64,000 bases of DNA from Nitrosopumilus sp. (GTDB taxonomy: Archaea > Thermoproteota > Nitrososphaeria > Nitrososphaerales > Nitrosopumilaceae): NCBI GenBank assembly GCA_965214775.1, contig OZ243974.1:1344001-1408000 (forward strand). The letters run 5' to 3'. The notes under the pieces are model-generated. The model saw nothing but the letters and a program-made list of their open reading frames with translations. It had not been told where the DNA came from and did not search any database. The stretch's first letter is position 1, and every line of letters starts with the position of its first letter. The position numbers and the translations under genes are program-made. Positions 62,415 through 64,000 of the stretch are shown here, piece by piece.

Positions 62415-62809
62415 TGCCGGCGATCTGCAGAAAACGGCAGCAACGACTCCGGACCATCTTTCCTTACGTCTGTTGCCGGTACAGGCAACAGCAGCAAAAG
62501 AGGAAAAGCCTGAAGTTGGGCAAGGGCAAATCCGAATGAGGCCTTGCCGGTTCAGTCCGAAGAAGACCCGCGTTCTCACCACTCAGAAAATTCTACATAA
62601 TCCAAAATAGCAGAATCTGATTTGGAGAAGATCCTGCTTTCATTCCGTTATCCACGATTTTACAGAGCCCTGCAGGCCATATGGAGAATGTGACTGATGC
62701 ATTAGATGCTGCGCTCGCCAAAAAAGTGCATTCAACACTACGTATGTGTTTACAAGTCAGAAGAGAGAAAATTTAATTATATTCTGTTCCAACTTAAAGT
62801 GACAAAAAA

Positions 62810-63403
62810 ATGGCCATACTGCCTGTTAAATCACCCTCTACAACTGTGTCATCAAATCCCAAACCCCGCATAAAGCGCAACGTGCGCAAGGAACTGGTGG
62901 CCCGTTATATCGGTTTGACCGGCTTGTCAGACACCCAGAAAATTGTCAAGTTCATCAAAGATAAAACCGGCAAGTCCGTCGAGCCCCGCACCATAAAACA
63001 GGACGTGGAAAATATCCTGCTGGATGCCAAGTTGTTCCAGAGGGATCTGGCCCTCTCAACCTGGATGGCAAAGGTCCTGCAGATGTACCAAGAGATAAAC
63101 CAGGAAATAGACGAAATCCAATCCCTCAAGCAAAAGATACTGGATGCCGATCCCAATATCCCTGACGCACTAGTCAAACTGATGGAGCAGATAGAGGATC
63201 CCAAGGAGCGGCAGGCCTTAATGAAATCACTGCACCGTGCATATGGATCTGCCGAGACCCAGAAAGTCTTGGGCAAAGTAAATTATGCCTCCAAGATCCT
63301 TGACGAAAAGAGATCCTTCCTGATCAACTTGGTGACATCCGTGCCACTCTATAACCAGGCCGCATCCCTTGCAAAATACTACGAACAGCACCACAAGGAA
63401 TAA
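62810..63403 (+). CDS. Hypothetical HTH/coiled-coil protein
   Basis: RKELVARY..VEPRTIKQDVENI, helical C-terminus. Confidence 0.7.
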   Translation: MAILPVKSPSTTVSSNPKPRIKRNVRKELVARYIGLTGLSDTQKIVKFIKDKTGKSVEPRTIKQDVENILLDAKLFQRDLALSTWMAKVLQMYQEINQEIDEIQSLKQKILDADPNIPDALVKLMEQIEDPKERQALMKSLHRAYGSAETQKVLGKVNYASKILDEKRSFLINLVTSVPLYNQAASLAKYYEQHHKE

Positions 63404-63498
63404 CCGTGACCAACACTGCAACTGCACCTGCAACAATCCAGACCATACTCTTCTGCGCGTTAAATTAATTAATCCCTCAAAGGACACAACCACCAGAT

Positions 63499-63837
63499 AT
63501 GTCTGAAGATATTCCAGAAGATATTCCAGATTTAGTGAAGAAATATGACAATGTTGAGGAAATCAACGAAGTTGTAGGAATCTGGGAAGTTTCGATAAAG
63601 GACTGCCCTGTAAGGCTTAAGATCAAAGTAATTAAAATACCGACTGTTCCTAATGCTCCATTTGTGGGCATGGCTAACTATGAAATTCAAAATCCTGATC
63701 AGTTTGATTCGTATTTGAGCCTACGCAATTGCAGCAGTGTTAAAGAGGCATTTGAGGATGCATTAAAGGGATTTCTGGCGTATTACAAGCCCGAATTGAG
63801 AGAGAAAACCAAGTTTGTTCCGGTCGAATATTGGTAG
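63499..63837 (+). CDS. Hypothetical protein
   Basis: 112 aa AT-rich ORF with natural composition. Confidence 0.65.
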   Translation: MSEDIPEDIPDLVKKYDNVEEINEVVGIWEVSIKDCPVRLKIKVIKIPTVPNAPFVGMANYEIQNPDQFDSYLSLRNCSSVKEAFEDALKGFLAYYKPELREKTKFVPVEYW

Positions 63838-64000
63838 ATTCCTCGAAGGACAATATGTCAAAAGTGGGAGCGAATCTGCCAACTTGCAGACAAATAATGT
63901 TTGTTCTCCTGCATTCACATAAGATTTCTGTCTGATCCTGTTCATTCATAGGAGTACAGATTCTGTAAAAAGTGTAATAACGATCATGAACTATTGATGT

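Larger units (their letters stand above)
56454..64000. mobile_element. Integrated mobile element (provirus/plasmid-like), continues beyond the window
   Basis: Integrase immediately after tRNA-Lys, then orphan ORFs, HNH and Zn-finger genes and iteron-like repeats; no attR seen. Confidence 0.75.

Noticed and set aside
56454-64000. attR or definite provirus call
   Set aside because: No duplicate of the tRNA-Lys 3' end and no recognisable virion or packaging gene within the window.

Overview
Archaeal genomic DNA, almost certainly an ammonia-oxidising Nitrosopumilaceae (Thaumarchaeota). The evidence is GatDE, Cdc48, Rpl2, SRP RNA, Pelota, tetraether lipid synthase Tes, F420 enzymes and a thaumarchaeal coxBA/blue-copper cluster. 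Housekeeping blocks alternate with a ~21 kb surface-glycan island (19.5-40.7 kb: glycosyltransferases, sugar epimerases, several wecB copies, a sulfotransferase) and a heavy load of IS remnants and nested MITEs. From tRNA-Lys (56380) to the window end lies an integrated element with a tyrosine recombinase. The most unusual signal is at least three independent repeat-spacer-repeat scars (28070-28177, 43014-43126, 45329-45436). In each, 35-39 bp of local sequence is duplicated around a unique 35-38 bp insert, with a period of 72-74 bp. This is the geometry of Cas1-Cas2 spacer integration, but the sites are unrelated non-CRISPR positions (inside a MITE, inside a gene, in an intergenic region), and no cas gene is present in the window. 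All coordinates were counted by eye and may be off by a few bases.
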